Assembly (NCBI GenBank): GCA_001793235.1
Contig: MGHM01000016.1
Span: 746 to 64,745 of the forward strand
Origin: Candidatus Woesebacteria bacterium RIFCSPLOWO2_01_FULL_44_24b
GTDB lineage: Bacteria > Patescibacteriota > Microgenomatia > UBA8517
Direction of reading: 5' to 3'
Length of the DNA stretch: 64,000 bases
The position numbers and the translations under genes are program-made. The first letter of the stretch is position 1, and every line of letters begins with the position of its first letter. This document shows positions 28,268 through 38,145 of this stretch, one piece after another. The notes below the pieces were generated by a model. The model did not search any database, was not told where the DNA came from, and worked only from the letters and a program-made list of their open reading frames with translations.

Positions 28268-28767
28268 CAAAAAAGCAACAATCAGGATTTACATTCATTG
28301 AGATAATTTTGTATTTTGCGCTCGTCACTATTGTAATGTCCGCCATAATTCCGTTTGCCTGGAATGTGATAGGCGGCTCGGTTAAAAGCAGCATCCAGCA
28401 GGAAGTTTTTGCAAATGCACGCTATGTTTCCGAAATTATAAAATACGAAGTCAGGAATTCAACAGGTATAAATAGCGTCAGTGCAACCTCAATATCCTTG
28501 GCTAAATCAGCAGCAGAGGACAATCCCACCGTGATTAGCCTTGCAAGCGGCAAGCTGACTATAACAAAAGGCGCACAGGCAAGCGTAAATTTGAACTCCA
28601 ACGATACAAGTATCTCAGCATTGACCTTCACTAATTACACCTCGGCGGATAATAAAACAAAGAATATCCAGTTTAATTTTACTATCGGCTCGAACCTTCC
28701 ACAGATGCGCCAGGAGTATCAGCAAAGTATGGCGATTCAGGGAAGCAGTGAGCTCAGAAGTAATTAA
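28264..28767 (+). CDS. Minor pilin (PilW/GspJ-like)
   Basis: SG|FTFIEI. Confidence 0.85.
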   Translation: MTKKQQSGFTFIEIILYFALVTIVMSAIIPFAWNVIGGSVKSSIQQEVFANARYVSEIIKYEVRNSTGINSVSATSISLAKSAAEDNPTVISLASGKLTITKGAQASVNLNSNDTSISALTFTNYTSADNKTKNIQFNFTIGSNLPQMRQEYQQSMAIQGSSELRSN

Positions 28768-29142
28768 ATGAATAAAGGCGTTGTCGCAATTTCTACAGTT
28801 TTAGTTTTAGGGGTGGTGCTCTCGTTTGTTACGCTAACCCTGACATCTTTGTCTATTGGCGAGGCTCAGTCGGCTTTTGGTCTTTTCAGAGGCGAGGACA
28901 CTCTCCAGTTTGTGGAGGGTTGCGCCGAGGATTATATGCTTAAAATCCGGACTCAGGGGTCGGGTTTTACGGCAGGCAACATCACGCGGCCAGAGGGCAC
29001 TTGCTCCATTGTAGTTAATGCCGGTGACCCGAATTGGGACATTACGGTATCAACGACAGGCAGCGCTTACAGGCGCACGGTGAACGTAATTTTCACTCGA
29101 ACCTCAAGTGGCATCAGCTTGACCAGCTGGAAGGAAATTTAG
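28768..29142 (+). CDS. Minor pilin (PilX/GspK-like)
   Basis: KG|VVAIS without Glu5; EGC.E; C-terminal SWKEI. Confidence 0.75.
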   Translation: MNKGVVAISTVLVLGVVLSFVTLTLTSLSIGEAQSAFGLFRGEDTLQFVEGCAEDYMLKIRTQGSGFTAGNITRPEGTCSIVVNAGDPNWDITVSTTGSAYRRTVNVIFTRTSSGISLTSWKEI

Positions 29143-29180
29143 CTCTTGACAGCAGAGGAAGCATTGGAATAAGTTTAATT

Positions 29181-29681
29181 ATGAGTAGAAAAAGAGGTTT
29201 TACATTAATTGAGCTTCTGGTTGTTATAACCATTGTGGCGGCGTTGGCTGTTGTGGTATTCGTGGCCCTTAACCCCGCCAAAAGGCTCATAGATGCCAGA
29301 GATGCCAGGCGCACAACCGATGTTGACTCAGTACTGACTGCGATTCATCAGTCAATTGTGGACAATAAAGGCAGCTACCCTTCCAATATGCCGGCAGCGG
29401 GCACTGAGGCACAGCTCGGGACAGGTGCCAGCGGGTGCGCAATTGCAACGGGCGGTTGTGCTGTGACGGCAGCGGCCTGTGTAGACCTGATGACTGGGAC
29501 AAATAATTTAGCAAAGTATCTTAAAAGTCTTCCAATTGATCCCTTGGGGGGTACAGCTTATACAGCTGCCAAAACAGGCTACTCGGTAGTGGTGGACACT
29601 AATGGCATAGTTACAGTCAGGTCTTGCGGAACAGGCACCGGTACCACCGAGGGTACTGTAGATATTTCTTCATCGAGATAG
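29181..29681 (+). CDS. Type IV major pilin-like protein
   Basis: RG|FTLIELLVVI, ALNP, ARDARR..D, YL..LP.DP. Confidence 0.9.
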   Translation: MSRKRGFTLIELLVVITIVAALAVVVFVALNPAKRLIDARDARRTTDVDSVLTAIHQSIVDNKGSYPSNMPAAGTEAQLGTGASGCAIATGGCAVTAAACVDLMTGTNNLAKYLKSLPIDPLGGTAYTAAKTGYSVVVDTNGIVTVRSCGTGTGTTEGTVDISSSR

Positions 29682-29718
29682 TATTAAAAGCCAGCGCAGT
29701 AGTATAAAATGAAGTAGT

Positions 29719-30699
29719 ATGCGTTTAGGCAGACCCACGCTTAATATTCTTCTTTCGACCCAATCTTTAGAGGTAAAGACGGGCGAGAAAAGCCCCAAGG
29801 CGGTGCTAGCGCTACCACCAGAGGCAGTTCATAATCAGGAAGTCACGAACCCCAAATTACTCGAGAAAATTGTTGCAGAATTTATAGTAAAAAACCGGCT
29901 TAAAGGCAAGAAGGGCGACCTTATTCTGTCTGACGACGTGGTTTACCAGAAAATTGTTCCCATCGCAGACGCAAAAAGCGAAGAATATGAAACTCAAAAG
30001 TTTTTGGATGAAGTTCCGTTTGATAACCCCAACATTACACTTAAAAAAGTCAAGGAAGACACGAATGTGCATATGTATGCCACCAATAAACTACTTTTCT
30101 TTGCATTCAAAAATATCTTTGAGAAGTACGGCATCGAAATAGAAAAAGTTAGTGTATCAACCAAAAGCCCGTTGAATTTTTTGGAAGAAGATAAGGAAAC
30201 GGAGGTTGGTGAGTCTCCTGCAAAGAGTACGAAAGTAATTCTTGCTATATTTGTTTTTATACTTGTCTTGGTAACCGGAGGGCTATTTTTGTATGTCAGG
30301 TTTAAGCCCGGGGAGACCGAACCTTCACCAGAGCCCACCACAACACCGGAGGTGACAGCCGAACCGGAACCGTCTCCCGAAGCAGAGACAGAAGCGGTGG
30401 AAGAGTTGGATTTGAAAAGTTTTTCGGTTCAAATTCTTAACGGCACGGGAGTAGCCGGTACAGCCCAGACGGTTTCGGATTTATTGGTAGCGTTCGGTTT
30501 TGAGACTGTTGAAACCGGCAATGCCGCTAATTATGACTATAAAGATGTTACGGTAATGCTCAAGGACGGTGCCTCCCAGGCTTTAGTTGAAAGCATTCAG
30601 GAAGCGCTGGGCGAAGGCTATAAAGTAACTGGCTCAGAAGAGCTGGTTGACGCGGACGGTGAATTTGATGTCGTTGTTATAGTTGGCAAAAGCGAGTAA
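29719..30699 (+). CDS. PilM-like N-terminus, TM, LytR C-terminal domain protein
   Basis: VQILNGTGVAGTA, TGNA..Y, DVVVIVG. Confidence 0.75.
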   Translation: MRLGRPTLNILLSTQSLEVKTGEKSPKAVLALPPEAVHNQEVTNPKLLEKIVAEFIVKNRLKGKKGDLILSDDVVYQKIVPIADAKSEEYETQKFLDEVPFDNPNITLKKVKEDTNVHMYATNKLLFFAFKNIFEKYGIEIEKVSVSTKSPLNFLEEDKETEVGESPAKSTKVILAIFVFILVLVTGGLFLYVRFKPGETEPSPEPTTTPEVTAEPEPSPEAETEAVEELDLKSFSVQILNGTGVAGTAQTVSDLLVAFGFETVETGNAANYDYKDVTVMLKDGASQALVESIQEALGEGYKVTGSEELVDADGEFDVVVIVGKSE

Positions 30700-30726
30700 T
30701 CTCCTTAATTTTGGTATAATCACCTC

Positions 30727-31698
30727 ATGTCACTTTCAGTAGGAATTGTTGGGCTCCCCAATGTGGGTAAGTCTACGCTTTTTAATGCACTTTTGAAAAA
30801 GCAACTGGCTTATGTTGCCAATTTTCCCTTTGCCACAATTGAGCCGAATGTTGGCGTGGTTCCGGTTCCGGACTCGCGGCTTCTGGAATTGTCTAAAATT
30901 TATAACTCACCAATTGTTCCGGCCACCGTGGAATTTGTTGATATTGCGGGGCTTATTGCCGGAGCTTCCAAAGGCGAAGGTTTGGGGAACAAGTTTCTTC
31001 ACCACATTCGCGAAGTGGATGCAATTTGTCATGTTGTTCGCGCCTTCGGCGATCCCGATATAGTTCGTGAAGGTTCAACTAATCCCAAGGATGACTTTGA
31101 AATTATAAAGACGGAGTTGGAGTTGGCAGATTTGGAAACGGTGGAGAAGCACCAGAAGAAGAAAAACGCTGACGTGGAAGCTCTACAGCTATTGTCAAAA
31201 AAACCGATTTTAGTTGTTTTAAACGTTGATGAAAAAGATTTGAAAGAAGCCTCAGAGTTGGAAGAGAAATATGCAAAAGAGTTTGGTGTAGAGGTCGAGC
31301 AGGCTATTGTGATTTGTGCCAAGACTGAGTCGGAGTTGGCGGGACTCTCAGAAGAAGACCAAGTAGTTTATTTACAAGAACTTGGTCAAAATAAATCCGG
31401 GCTTGAGAGGTTAATTCAAAAAGCTTTCGTGACTCTTGGACTTATGACTTTTCTCACAGCCGGCGAGAAGGAAGTACGTGCCTGGACTATTAAAAACGGC
31501 ACTCGCGCGCAAGATGCGGCGGGCGTGATTCATACTGACTTTGTTAAAAACTTTATTAAAGCTGACGTTGTTGATTTTGATGATTTTATTGAATTAAAAG
31601 GCTGGAAAGTTTGCCGTGAGAATGGTAAGGTGCGAAGCGAGGGGAGAGATTATATGGTCAGAGATGGAGATGTTATTGAGTTTAAAATAGGCCAATGA
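30727..31698 (+). CDS. ychF: Ribosome-binding ATPase YchF
   Basis: GIVGLPNVGKSTLFN, NFPFATIEPN, DIAGL, TGS domain. Confidence 0.97.
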   Translation: MSLSVGIVGLPNVGKSTLFNALLKKQLAYVANFPFATIEPNVGVVPVPDSRLLELSKIYNSPIVPATVEFVDIAGLIAGASKGEGLGNKFLHHIREVDAICHVVRAFGDPDIVREGSTNPKDDFEIIKTELELADLETVEKHQKKKNADVEALQLLSKKPILVVLNVDEKDLKEASELEEKYAKEFGVEVEQAIVICAKTESELAGLSEEDQVVYLQELGQNKSGLERLIQKAFVTLGLMTFLTAGEKEVRAWTIKNGTRAQDAAGVIHTDFVKNFIKADVVDFDDFIELKGWKVCRENGKVRSEGRDYMVRDGDVIEFKIGQ

Positions 31699-31719
31699 TG
31701 TGTTATACTAGCCCTTGTT

Positions 31720-32040
31720 ATGCAAAACTATGAACTGACAATTGTCCTTCCGGGAAAGGTAACTCCTGCGAAGAAAAAAGATGCCATTGCCCGTGTGGAA
31801 AAGATTGTCAAAGCTGTGGACGGAAAAATAACTTCAAGTGACGACTGGGGAGTGAAGGAGCTTGCCTATACAATTAAGAAAAACACCGCAGGTGCTTATG
31901 TTTATTTTGACTTGGAGCTCCCGACGAGCGCGGTTGCGGGGGTAAGCGAAAAAGTAAAACTTGAGGATGATATAATTAGGTACTTGCTGGTGAGGCACGA
32001 AAGTCCACGTGCGCGGGCAGACAAGAAAGTGAAAAAATAA
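31720..32040 (+). CDS. rpsF: 30S ribosomal protein S6
   Basis: YEL, WG.KELAY.IKK, IIRYL. Confidence 0.95.
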   Translation: MQNYELTIVLPGKVTPAKKKDAIARVEKIVKAVDGKITSSDDWGVKELAYTIKKNTAGAYVYFDLELPTSAVAGVSEKVKLEDDIIRYLLVRHESPRARADKKVKK

Positions 32041-32511
32041 ATGGCTAGAAGTTTAAATAAGGTTACCTTAATTGGAAATTTAACACGCGACCCCGAGCTT
32101 CGCTATACACCTTCCGGAACAGCGGTTACAACTTTTACAATTGCCACAAACAGACAGTGGAAGACCGAGTCCGGGGACTCAAAAGAAGATGCTGAGTTTC
32201 ATAGGGTTGTAGCCTGGGACAAACTAGCCGAAATCTGCGCTCAGTTTTTAAAAAAAGGCAAGCAAGCTTATGTGGAAGGTAGACTTCAGACCAGAAAATG
32301 GCAGACAAAAGAAGGCGAGGACAAATATACAACAGAGGTGGTCATTTCTGAAATGATCCTTTTGGGAAGATTTGATGATGTGCCCACCCAAAGTGTGCAG
32401 GACATTCCGGATGACTTTGATGAAGAACCCAAGGCTAAAAAGGAGCCAAAAAAGCCCGCGAAGAAAGAGACTAAGGAAAAGAATGAAGAGTCGGACGACA
32501 TACCGTTTTGA
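32041..32511 (+). CDS. ssb: Single-stranded DNA-binding protein
   Basis: LNKVTLIGNLTRDPELRYT, C-terminal DDIPF. Confidence 0.97.
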   Translation: MARSLNKVTLIGNLTRDPELRYTPSGTAVTTFTIATNRQWKTESGDSKEDAEFHRVVAWDKLAEICAQFLKKGKQAYVEGRLQTRKWQTKEGEDKYTTEVVISEMILLGRFDDVPTQSVQDIPDDFDEEPKAKKEPKKPAKKETKEKNEESDDIPF

Positions 32512-32516
32512 TTAAT

Positions 32517-32753
32517 ATGGCCAAACCAAAACTACGAAAACCACGAGTGATACGGGAGAAAATTACCCCCGAAAAAATTAATTTTGTAATTTCGTATAAA
32601 AATTACGAGAAGCTGGCGCGGCTTATGAACGACCGGGCAAAAATCCTGGGAAGAAAGCGAACGGGAATACCCGCCAAAGCGCAGCGAAAAATTAGCCGCG
32701 AGATTAAGCGCGCCAGGCACTTGGGTCTTCTCCCGTTTAGTTCCAGGGTATAG
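32517..32753 (+). CDS. rpsR: 30S ribosomal protein S18
   Basis: YKN, KIL.RKRTG, QR...IKRARHLGLLP; rpsF-ssb-rpsR synteny. Confidence 0.93.
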   Translation: MAKPKLRKPRVIREKITPEKINFVISYKNYEKLARLMNDRAKILGRKRTGIPAKAQRKISREIKRARHLGLLPFSSRV

Positions 32754-32762
32754 AATTGTCCG

Positions 32763-34067
32763 ATGGAGTCACAACAAGAGCCTCTGCCAACACCAACCCC
32801 CAAGGTAGGACTGAATAAGGTAGGACTTAACAAGGCAAGAGTAATAGTTTTAGGGCTTTTGGTGGCAGTTTTTGCCTTTGCAGTGGGCTATGCAGCTGGT
32901 GTTGACGGTTATAAAGCTACAGCTCAGGGCTTTAAGGTAAACATTTCCCGCGAGATTCCGCCCGAACAGAAGGACTTGGACTTCAATCTTTTCTGGCAAG
33001 TGTGGGATACTTTGGAAGAGTCCTATTTTGATCACTCCAAAATCAAAGACGCCAATTTGGTTTTAGGTGCCATTAAGGGGATGGTTGCCGCAGTTGGTGA
33101 CCCCTATACCGCATTTTTAACACCGGACGAGCAGCGCGTGACGCAGGAAGATTTGTCCGGCAATTTTGAAGGGATAGGAATTCAGATTGGCTTTATCGGC
33201 ACACAGTTGGCTGTTGTTGCACCTTTGCCAAATTCACCCGCCGAAGAGGCGGGAATTGTGGCTGGGGATATTATTGTGGGTATCAAAGACGAAGCAAAAG
33301 GAGTTGAGCGGGGGACAGTGGGGATTACACTTCCCGAGGCGGTCCAACTGATTCGCGGGGAAGCAGGCTCAAAGATAACGCTTTCCCTGCTTCGCGAAGG
33401 GGCCGAGGCGCCGGTGGTTGCCGATGTTGTAAGGAAAGAAATTGCAGTTCCCAGTGTGGCTCTTGAGTTTGTAGGCGAGGGCGAGCGCATTGCACACCTT
33501 CGGGTTCTTAAATTCGGGGGCGAGACCTTGGCTGAGTGGAATGAAGCGGTTTTGGAAATTCAAAAGAAGGCGGATTTGACGGGGATTATTGTGGACGTCC
33601 GCAATAACCCCGGCGGCTATTTGCTGGGCGCGGTTGACTTGGGCTCCGAGTTTCTTGAAAACGGGGACACGGTTGTGGTTGAGGAGTATGCCAATGGCGG
33701 TAAGAATGAGTTTTTTGTTGAGAGAGCCGGCAAGCTTACCCGTGACAAAGTAGTGGTTCTGATTAACGGTGGCTCGGCCTCGGCCTCTGAAATATTGGCA
33801 GGAGCCTTGAGGGATATTAAAGAAACGCCTTTGGTCGGTGAGACTTCTTTCGGGAAGGGAACAGTTCAGGATGCCAAAGAGCTTGAGGGTGGTACCGGTC
33901 TTCATATTACTGTTGCCAAGTGGTTAACGCCTTCTGGAGTCTGGGTTAATGAAGGTGCCCTGAAACCGGATTATGAAGTTGAAGACAATCCTGAAACACC
34001 AGAAGACGAGCAACTTACAAAAGCGATTGAAGTCATCAACAATTTCAGCTCGCTCTCAGGAAGATAG
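32763..34067 (+). CDS. S41 carboxy-terminal protease (CtpA-like)
   Basis: GDPYT, PDZ, DVRNNPGG, SASASEILAGAL, FGKGTVQ. Confidence 0.95.
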   Translation: MESQQEPLPTPTPKVGLNKVGLNKARVIVLGLLVAVFAFAVGYAAGVDGYKATAQGFKVNISREIPPEQKDLDFNLFWQVWDTLEESYFDHSKIKDANLVLGAIKGMVAAVGDPYTAFLTPDEQRVTQEDLSGNFEGIGIQIGFIGTQLAVVAPLPNSPAEEAGIVAGDIIVGIKDEAKGVERGTVGITLPEAVQLIRGEAGSKITLSLLREGAEAPVVADVVRKEIAVPSVALEFVGEGERIAHLRVLKFGGETLAEWNEAVLEIQKKADLTGIIVDVRNNPGGYLLGAVDLGSEFLENGDTVVVEEYANGGKNEFFVERAGKLTRDKVVVLINGGSASASEILAGALRDIKETPLVGETSFGKGTVQDAKELEGGTGLHITVAKWLTPSGVWVNEGALKPDYEVEDNPETPEDEQLTKAIEVINNFSSLSGR

Positions 34068-34092
34068 TGAAAAATAAGTTCTGTCATTCCCT

Positions 34093-35241
34093 ATGAAAGA
34101 TACTGGTTTTATAAAAGGTCTTCTTATCGGTTTTGCCGCACTTGTAGTTATTTTAGTTTCAATGCTTGGCGGAGCTGTAGCCGACAGACTTTTTGTTATA
34201 AAACCACTTGATTCCTTGGTGGATAGGGTAACGCAAACGGGTATCGGCGGCAGCAGACAAATTTTGCGCGAGGAGTCAGCAGTTATTGATGTTGCCGAGC
34301 GAGTTTCTCCATCAGTGGTCACCGTAAGTATTCAAACTCCTCAAAGAAGAGTTCTGCAGTTTGATCCGTTTAACGGCTTTCAGTCGCAAATTCAAGGCGG
34401 AGTGCCTCAGGACATAGGCAGCGGATTTATAGTTAGCGACACGGGACTCATTATTACAAATAAGCATGTGGTTAGCGAAGACACCGAATATAAAATCATA
34501 ACCCAGGATGGCAAGGAGTATGAAGTCAAAGCAATTCACAGGGACCCCGCCAACGACTTGGCAATTTTGGAAACCGCGGCGACGGGTTATAAACCTTTGG
34601 TTTTGGGCAACTCCGAGGAGCTTAAGGTTGGCCAGTTTGTCATTGCCATCGGGACTGCTCTGGGTGAGTTCAGGCATACGGTCACAACCGGTGTGGTCTC
34701 CGGACTCGGGCGCGGTATTACCGCGGGTAGTGCTTACGAGGGCTTCGTTGAGCGGCTTGATAATGTGATTCAGACTGACGCAGCCATAAACCCAGGGAAC
34801 TCGGGTGGGCCACTTCTTAACGCTTCCGGCGAAGTAATAGGAGTAAATGTGGCAGTGGCCTCTGGGGCAGAAAACATTGGTTTTGCGCTTCCCGTCAACC
34901 TTGTGACAGATGGCATTGCCGAGTATCAAAAAAGCGGGACTTTTGCCAGCAAAGCCTTCCTGGGAGTGGAGCATAGTATGATAACCCGCGAGGCTGCGCT
35001 TTTGAATGAAGTTCCTCAGGGAGCTTATGTTTCGGCTGTGGTGCCGGACTCGGCCGCTGAGGTTGCCGGAGTTCAGGAGGGAGACATTATTACTAAAATC
35101 AATGGTGCGTCAGTCACGGACAGCGAGGAAGGGCTCTCGGGCTTAATCAGTGAGCACAAAGTGGGTGATAAAGTGACTCTTGAACTCTGGCGCGACGGCG
35201 AGACTCTTACCCTCGAAGCCACCCTTTCCTCAGGAACGTAG
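34093..35241 (+). CDS. HtrA/DegP serine protease with one PDZ
   Basis: GSGFI, TNKHVV, QTDAAINPGNSGGPL. Confidence 0.95.
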   Translation: MKDTGFIKGLLIGFAALVVILVSMLGGAVADRLFVIKPLDSLVDRVTQTGIGGSRQILREESAVIDVAERVSPSVVTVSIQTPQRRVLQFDPFNGFQSQIQGGVPQDIGSGFIVSDTGLIITNKHVVSEDTEYKIITQDGKEYEVKAIHRDPANDLAILETAATGYKPLVLGNSEELKVGQFVIAIGTALGEFRHTVTTGVVSGLGRGITAGSAYEGFVERLDNVIQTDAAINPGNSGGPLLNASGEVIGVNVAVASGAENIGFALPVNLVTDGIAEYQKSGTFASKAFLGVEHSMITREAALLNEVPQGAYVSAVVPDSAAEVAGVQEGDIITKINGASVTDSEEGLSGLISEHKVGDKVTLELWRDGETLTLEATLSSGT

Positions 35242-35265
35242 CTTTTTATTTGATATAATGAATAT

Positions 35266-35622
35266 ATGGGCGCGACAACAGTTAGCCTAACTGTTAAAAA
35301 TCCAGCGGGTGGCGAGAATGCCTATACTGGGAAATTTTTAGTGGATTCGGGAGCGACTTTTACTGTAGTTCCAGCAACTGAGCTTAAAAAGCTTGGAATA
35401 AAGCCAAAGCGCACAATCATGATTAATCTCGCGGATGGTAGGGTTTTAGAGCGTGAAGTTGGAGATGCGATTTATAAGTACGATGGAATTGAAGCGGCTT
35501 CTCCGGTAATGTTTGGCAAAAAGGGAGATAGTGAGCTACTAGGGATTGTTACTTTGGAATCCTTGGGCCTTTCTCTCGACCCTCTTAGGAGAAAGCTTTA
35601 TCAAGCAACGTTGAGAGGTTGA
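35266..35622 (+). CDS. Clan AA (retropepsin-like) aspartyl protease
   Basis: LVDSGAT, LADG, LLG..TLE.LGL..DP. Confidence 0.88.
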   Translation: MGATTVSLTVKNPAGGENAYTGKFLVDSGATFTVVPATELKKLGIKPKRTIMINLADGRVLEREVGDAIYKYDGIEAASPVMFGKKGDSELLGIVTLESLGLSLDPLRRKLYQATLRG

Positions 35623-35700
35623 TTTTTTGTCTCTCAAAGCCACCCTTTCCTCAGGAACATAGTATTGTAAATCTTCACTGAATAGGATATAAAACAAATT

Positions 35701-36165
35701 ATGAATATTGGGCCAGGAGGAGAGAGGGATTTTGAGTTTGACGCCCCGGCTGAGTTTGAGACTCTCTTTAATGAAACTTTTGGCCCAAAATCAAAATACG
35801 CGCTCGAAGCATTATTGGAATGGTCGAAAAGAGAAAGTGGAAAGTTTGAAGGCCAAGCAGTTTTGGAAATACCCAACCAAAATCTGGATGGAATATCCGT
35901 CTTTTTTGTTATTTCTCCCGGAGAGGAAAGGTTTCAAGTAATTTCTGGAAGATTAACTGAAGACGGTGAGCTATACAGTGATTCTGCAGCGTTTCTCAAA
36001 TCTGACGACTTTAATAATTTTGCTGTCGGAAGAGAGGATGGCGTTGAACACGTAACATTTTATTCAATGGATAGGTCTAAAGCTTTGCGGATTAGGGAAA
36101 CGGGTAGCTTCCAATTTTATGACAGCCTTCCTTCAAAAATAGGTGGAAGGGGAAGAAGGGGTTAA
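35701..36165 (+). CDS. Hypothetical protein
   Basis: 154-aa ORF; no motif. Confidence 0.6.
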   Translation: MNIGPGGERDFEFDAPAEFETLFNETFGPKSKYALEALLEWSKRESGKFEGQAVLEIPNQNLDGISVFFVISPGEERFQVISGRLTEDGELYSDSAAFLKSDDFNNFAVGREDGVEHVTFYSMDRSKALRIRETGSFQFYDSLPSKIGGRGRRG

Positions 36166-36854
36166 TTCAGACTCTGTGTCATCTCAACCACTTTATCCAA
36201 ATTTCCATCAACAATTGCTTCTAAATTTCCAAAACTCTTTCCCAGTCTGTGGTCGGTGACCCTGTCCTGTGGGAAGTTATAAGTTCTTATTTTTTCAGCC
36301 CGCATGCCGCTTCCTATGGCGCTTCGGTAACCTGCAATTTCTTTCATTTTTTTCTGTTCTTCAAGCTCCCAGAGTTTAGCGCGCAGTAAGGCCATGGCAT
36401 TCACACGGTTTTGCTCTTGGAATCTCTCGGTCTGCGCAGTTACCACAATTCCCGTTGGTCTGTGAGTCAGCCTCACGGCTGTGCTGACTTTATTTACATT
36501 TTGGCCACCGTGCCCGCCGGAGCGGTAAAATTGAATGTCAAGATCGCTCGGGTTTACCTTGACTTCACTTTCTGAAATTTCAGGGAGGACCGCGACTGTT
36601 GCAGTTGACGTGTGAACTCGGCCGCGCTTTTCGGTTTCGGGCACGCGCTGGACACGATGCACTCCGGACTCGTATTTTAGTAAATCAAATACACCCGGCC
36701 CCTTTAATTTAAGAGTTTGCTCATCTTGCTGTGCTTTCCATCCTCGTTTAATGGCAAAGCGATAGTACATCCGCAGGAGATCAGAGGCCCAAAGCTTGGC
36801 CTCGTTGCCTCCTGCGGCACCACGGACTTCAATATAGCATGTTTGATTCTCCAT
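36162..36854 (-). CDS. prfA: Peptide chain release factor 1-like protein lacking N-terminal domain 1
   Basis: ESGVHRVQRVPETE (PxT), HTST.TV, GGQNVNK, IRTYNFPQDRVTDHR; follows rpmE. Confidence 0.85.
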   Translation of the reverse strand: MENQTCYIEVRGAAGGNEAKLWASDLLRMYYRFAIKRGWKAQQDEQTLKLKGPGVFDLLKYESGVHRVQRVPETEKRGRVHTSTATVAVLPEISESEVKVNPSDLDIQFYRSGGHGGQNVNKVSTAVRLTHRPTGIVVTAQTERFQEQNRVNAMALLRAKLWELEEQKKMKEIAGYRSAIGSGMRAEKIRTYNFPQDRVTDHRLGKSFGNLEAIVDGNLDKVVEMTQSLN

Positions 36855-36860
36855 GAAGAT

Positions 36861-37214
36861 CTAAGACTTTTTACCCTTTTTTGCTTTACGATTGCCGCTT
36901 TTGCGGGTCAAAGATTTTCGAAGTGCCTCCAGGGTCTCCGGTCTATCCAACTGCTCCTGGATTTTTTTCTCGCGCTTAATCTTCCTTCGCTCGACTTTGG
37001 AAAGTACGTTAGCTTTAGCAGCACCTACTCGGGCACGGAAAGCATCAACCCGCCCTGCAGTGTCGACGAATTTCAGCTGCCCAGTATAAAACGGATGGCA
37101 ATTGGAACAAACCTCAACGTTTATTTCGGCAACGGTAGCTCCAACTGTAAATGTGTTGCCACACGCGCACTTGACACGCGCCTCGTACCACTTGGGATGT
37201 ATCTGATATTGCAT
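36861..37214 (-). CDS. rpmE: 50S ribosomal protein L31 with C-terminal extension
   Basis: IHP, CACGN, CSNCHPFYTG, GRVD.F. Confidence 0.93.
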   Translation of the reverse strand: MQYQIHPKWYEARVKCACGNTFTVGATVAEINVEVCSNCHPFYTGQLKFVDTAGRVDAFRARVGAAKANVLSKVERRKIKREKKIQEQLDRPETLEALRKSLTRKSGNRKAKKGKKS

Positions 37215-37229
37215 GAGAAGCATATTATA

Positions 37230-38135
37230 TCAATGTTTCTTTTTTTCGGCAATATAAACGCCTGTGGCGATGATTATGGCTCCCAATATAAAAGAAAGAG
37301 AAAGGCTTTCGCCGAGCCAAAAAACAGCCAGAGGTACGGAAAAAAGAGGGATGAGGTAGTTAAAAAGGACAGCCTCCGAGACCTCGATTGAGCGCTGGCC
37401 GCGCACATACATAAAATAAGCAAGGTTGCCCGAAAGAAGAGCCATATACCAAACTCCGAAGTGATACTTAAGGGGCAGAGTTAAAATGGTAGTGAGTAAG
37501 TTCTCCCAGCCATAGATGAGTATTGTCAGCGGAATTAAACACACGGCTCCCACGATAAACGCCAGGCTCGTCAAGTTTGCAGATTTTGTTTTATTTTTAA
37601 TCGCCTTTTTGGCCAATAGTACTGATCCGCTATCGGCGAGTAGATAAACCAAAAGTAGTAGGTTTCCGGTCAAGCGTATGCCTTGCCCGCCCTGAAAAAT
37701 GGGAAGAAGCGAGTTTAAGATTACCCCCAGAAGGACTATCATAATTCCCAGTTTTTCTCTTTTGGTTATGTGGTCGCGGAAAAAATGCACTGCTCCAAGG
37801 GTGACAATGATAGGGCCGGCTATGGTAATCAGCGTTGAGTCAAGTACCGTTGATTTTTCAAGCCCGAAAAATAGAAGGCTGAGAGCCAAAGGAACTGCTA
37901 AAAAGCCGTAAAGAAGGGCTAACGGAAAGTTGGCCTTCAGATTTCTAAACTTCTTGCCCTGGGCAATTTTCGCTGAAAAGAAGAAAATCGAAAAGACGGC
38001 AGATATGGCGAACCTGTAAGCCAGAAAGGGGAGGGGCTCGATACCCGCGAGGGTGAACTTGATAACTGGCCCGGCAGCTCCCCAAATGACCGCGGTTGTC
38101 AGAAGGAACAAATAAGCCTTGAAGCGGGTACTCAT
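37230..38135 (-). CDS. DMT/EamA family transporter
   Basis: 10 TM, IWG, LGE.LS. Confidence 0.9.
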   Translation of the reverse strand: MSTRFKAYLFLLTTAVIWGAAGPVIKFTLAGIEPLPFLAYRFAISAVFSIFFFSAKIAQGKKFRNLKANFPLALLYGFLAVPLALSLLFFGLEKSTVLDSTLITIAGPIIVTLGAVHFFRDHITKREKLGIMIVLLGVILNSLLPIFQGGQGIRLTGNLLLLVYLLADSGSVLLAKKAIKNKTKSANLTSLAFIVGAVCLIPLTILIYGWENLLTTILTLPLKYHFGVWYMALLSGNLAYFMYVRGQRSIEVSEAVLFNYLIPLFSVPLAVFWLGESLSLSFILGAIIIATGVYIAEKKKH

Positions 38136-38145
38136 CAGCTTAATA

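Noticed and set aside
32802-32835. 15-bp tandem duplication (KVGLN x2) at the CtpA N-terminus
   Set aside because: A local slippage duplication in a disordered region with no wider pattern.
35266-35622. Retropepsin-like protease as sign of a retroelement
   Set aside because: No reverse transcriptase or integrase is present; stand-alone clan AA proteases are common in bacteria.
36717-37391. 224-aa plus-strand ORF and similar long antisense ORFs (e.g. 34312-34974, 50822-51439)
   Set aside because: These are shadow ORFs opposite well-supported genes and show no motifs.
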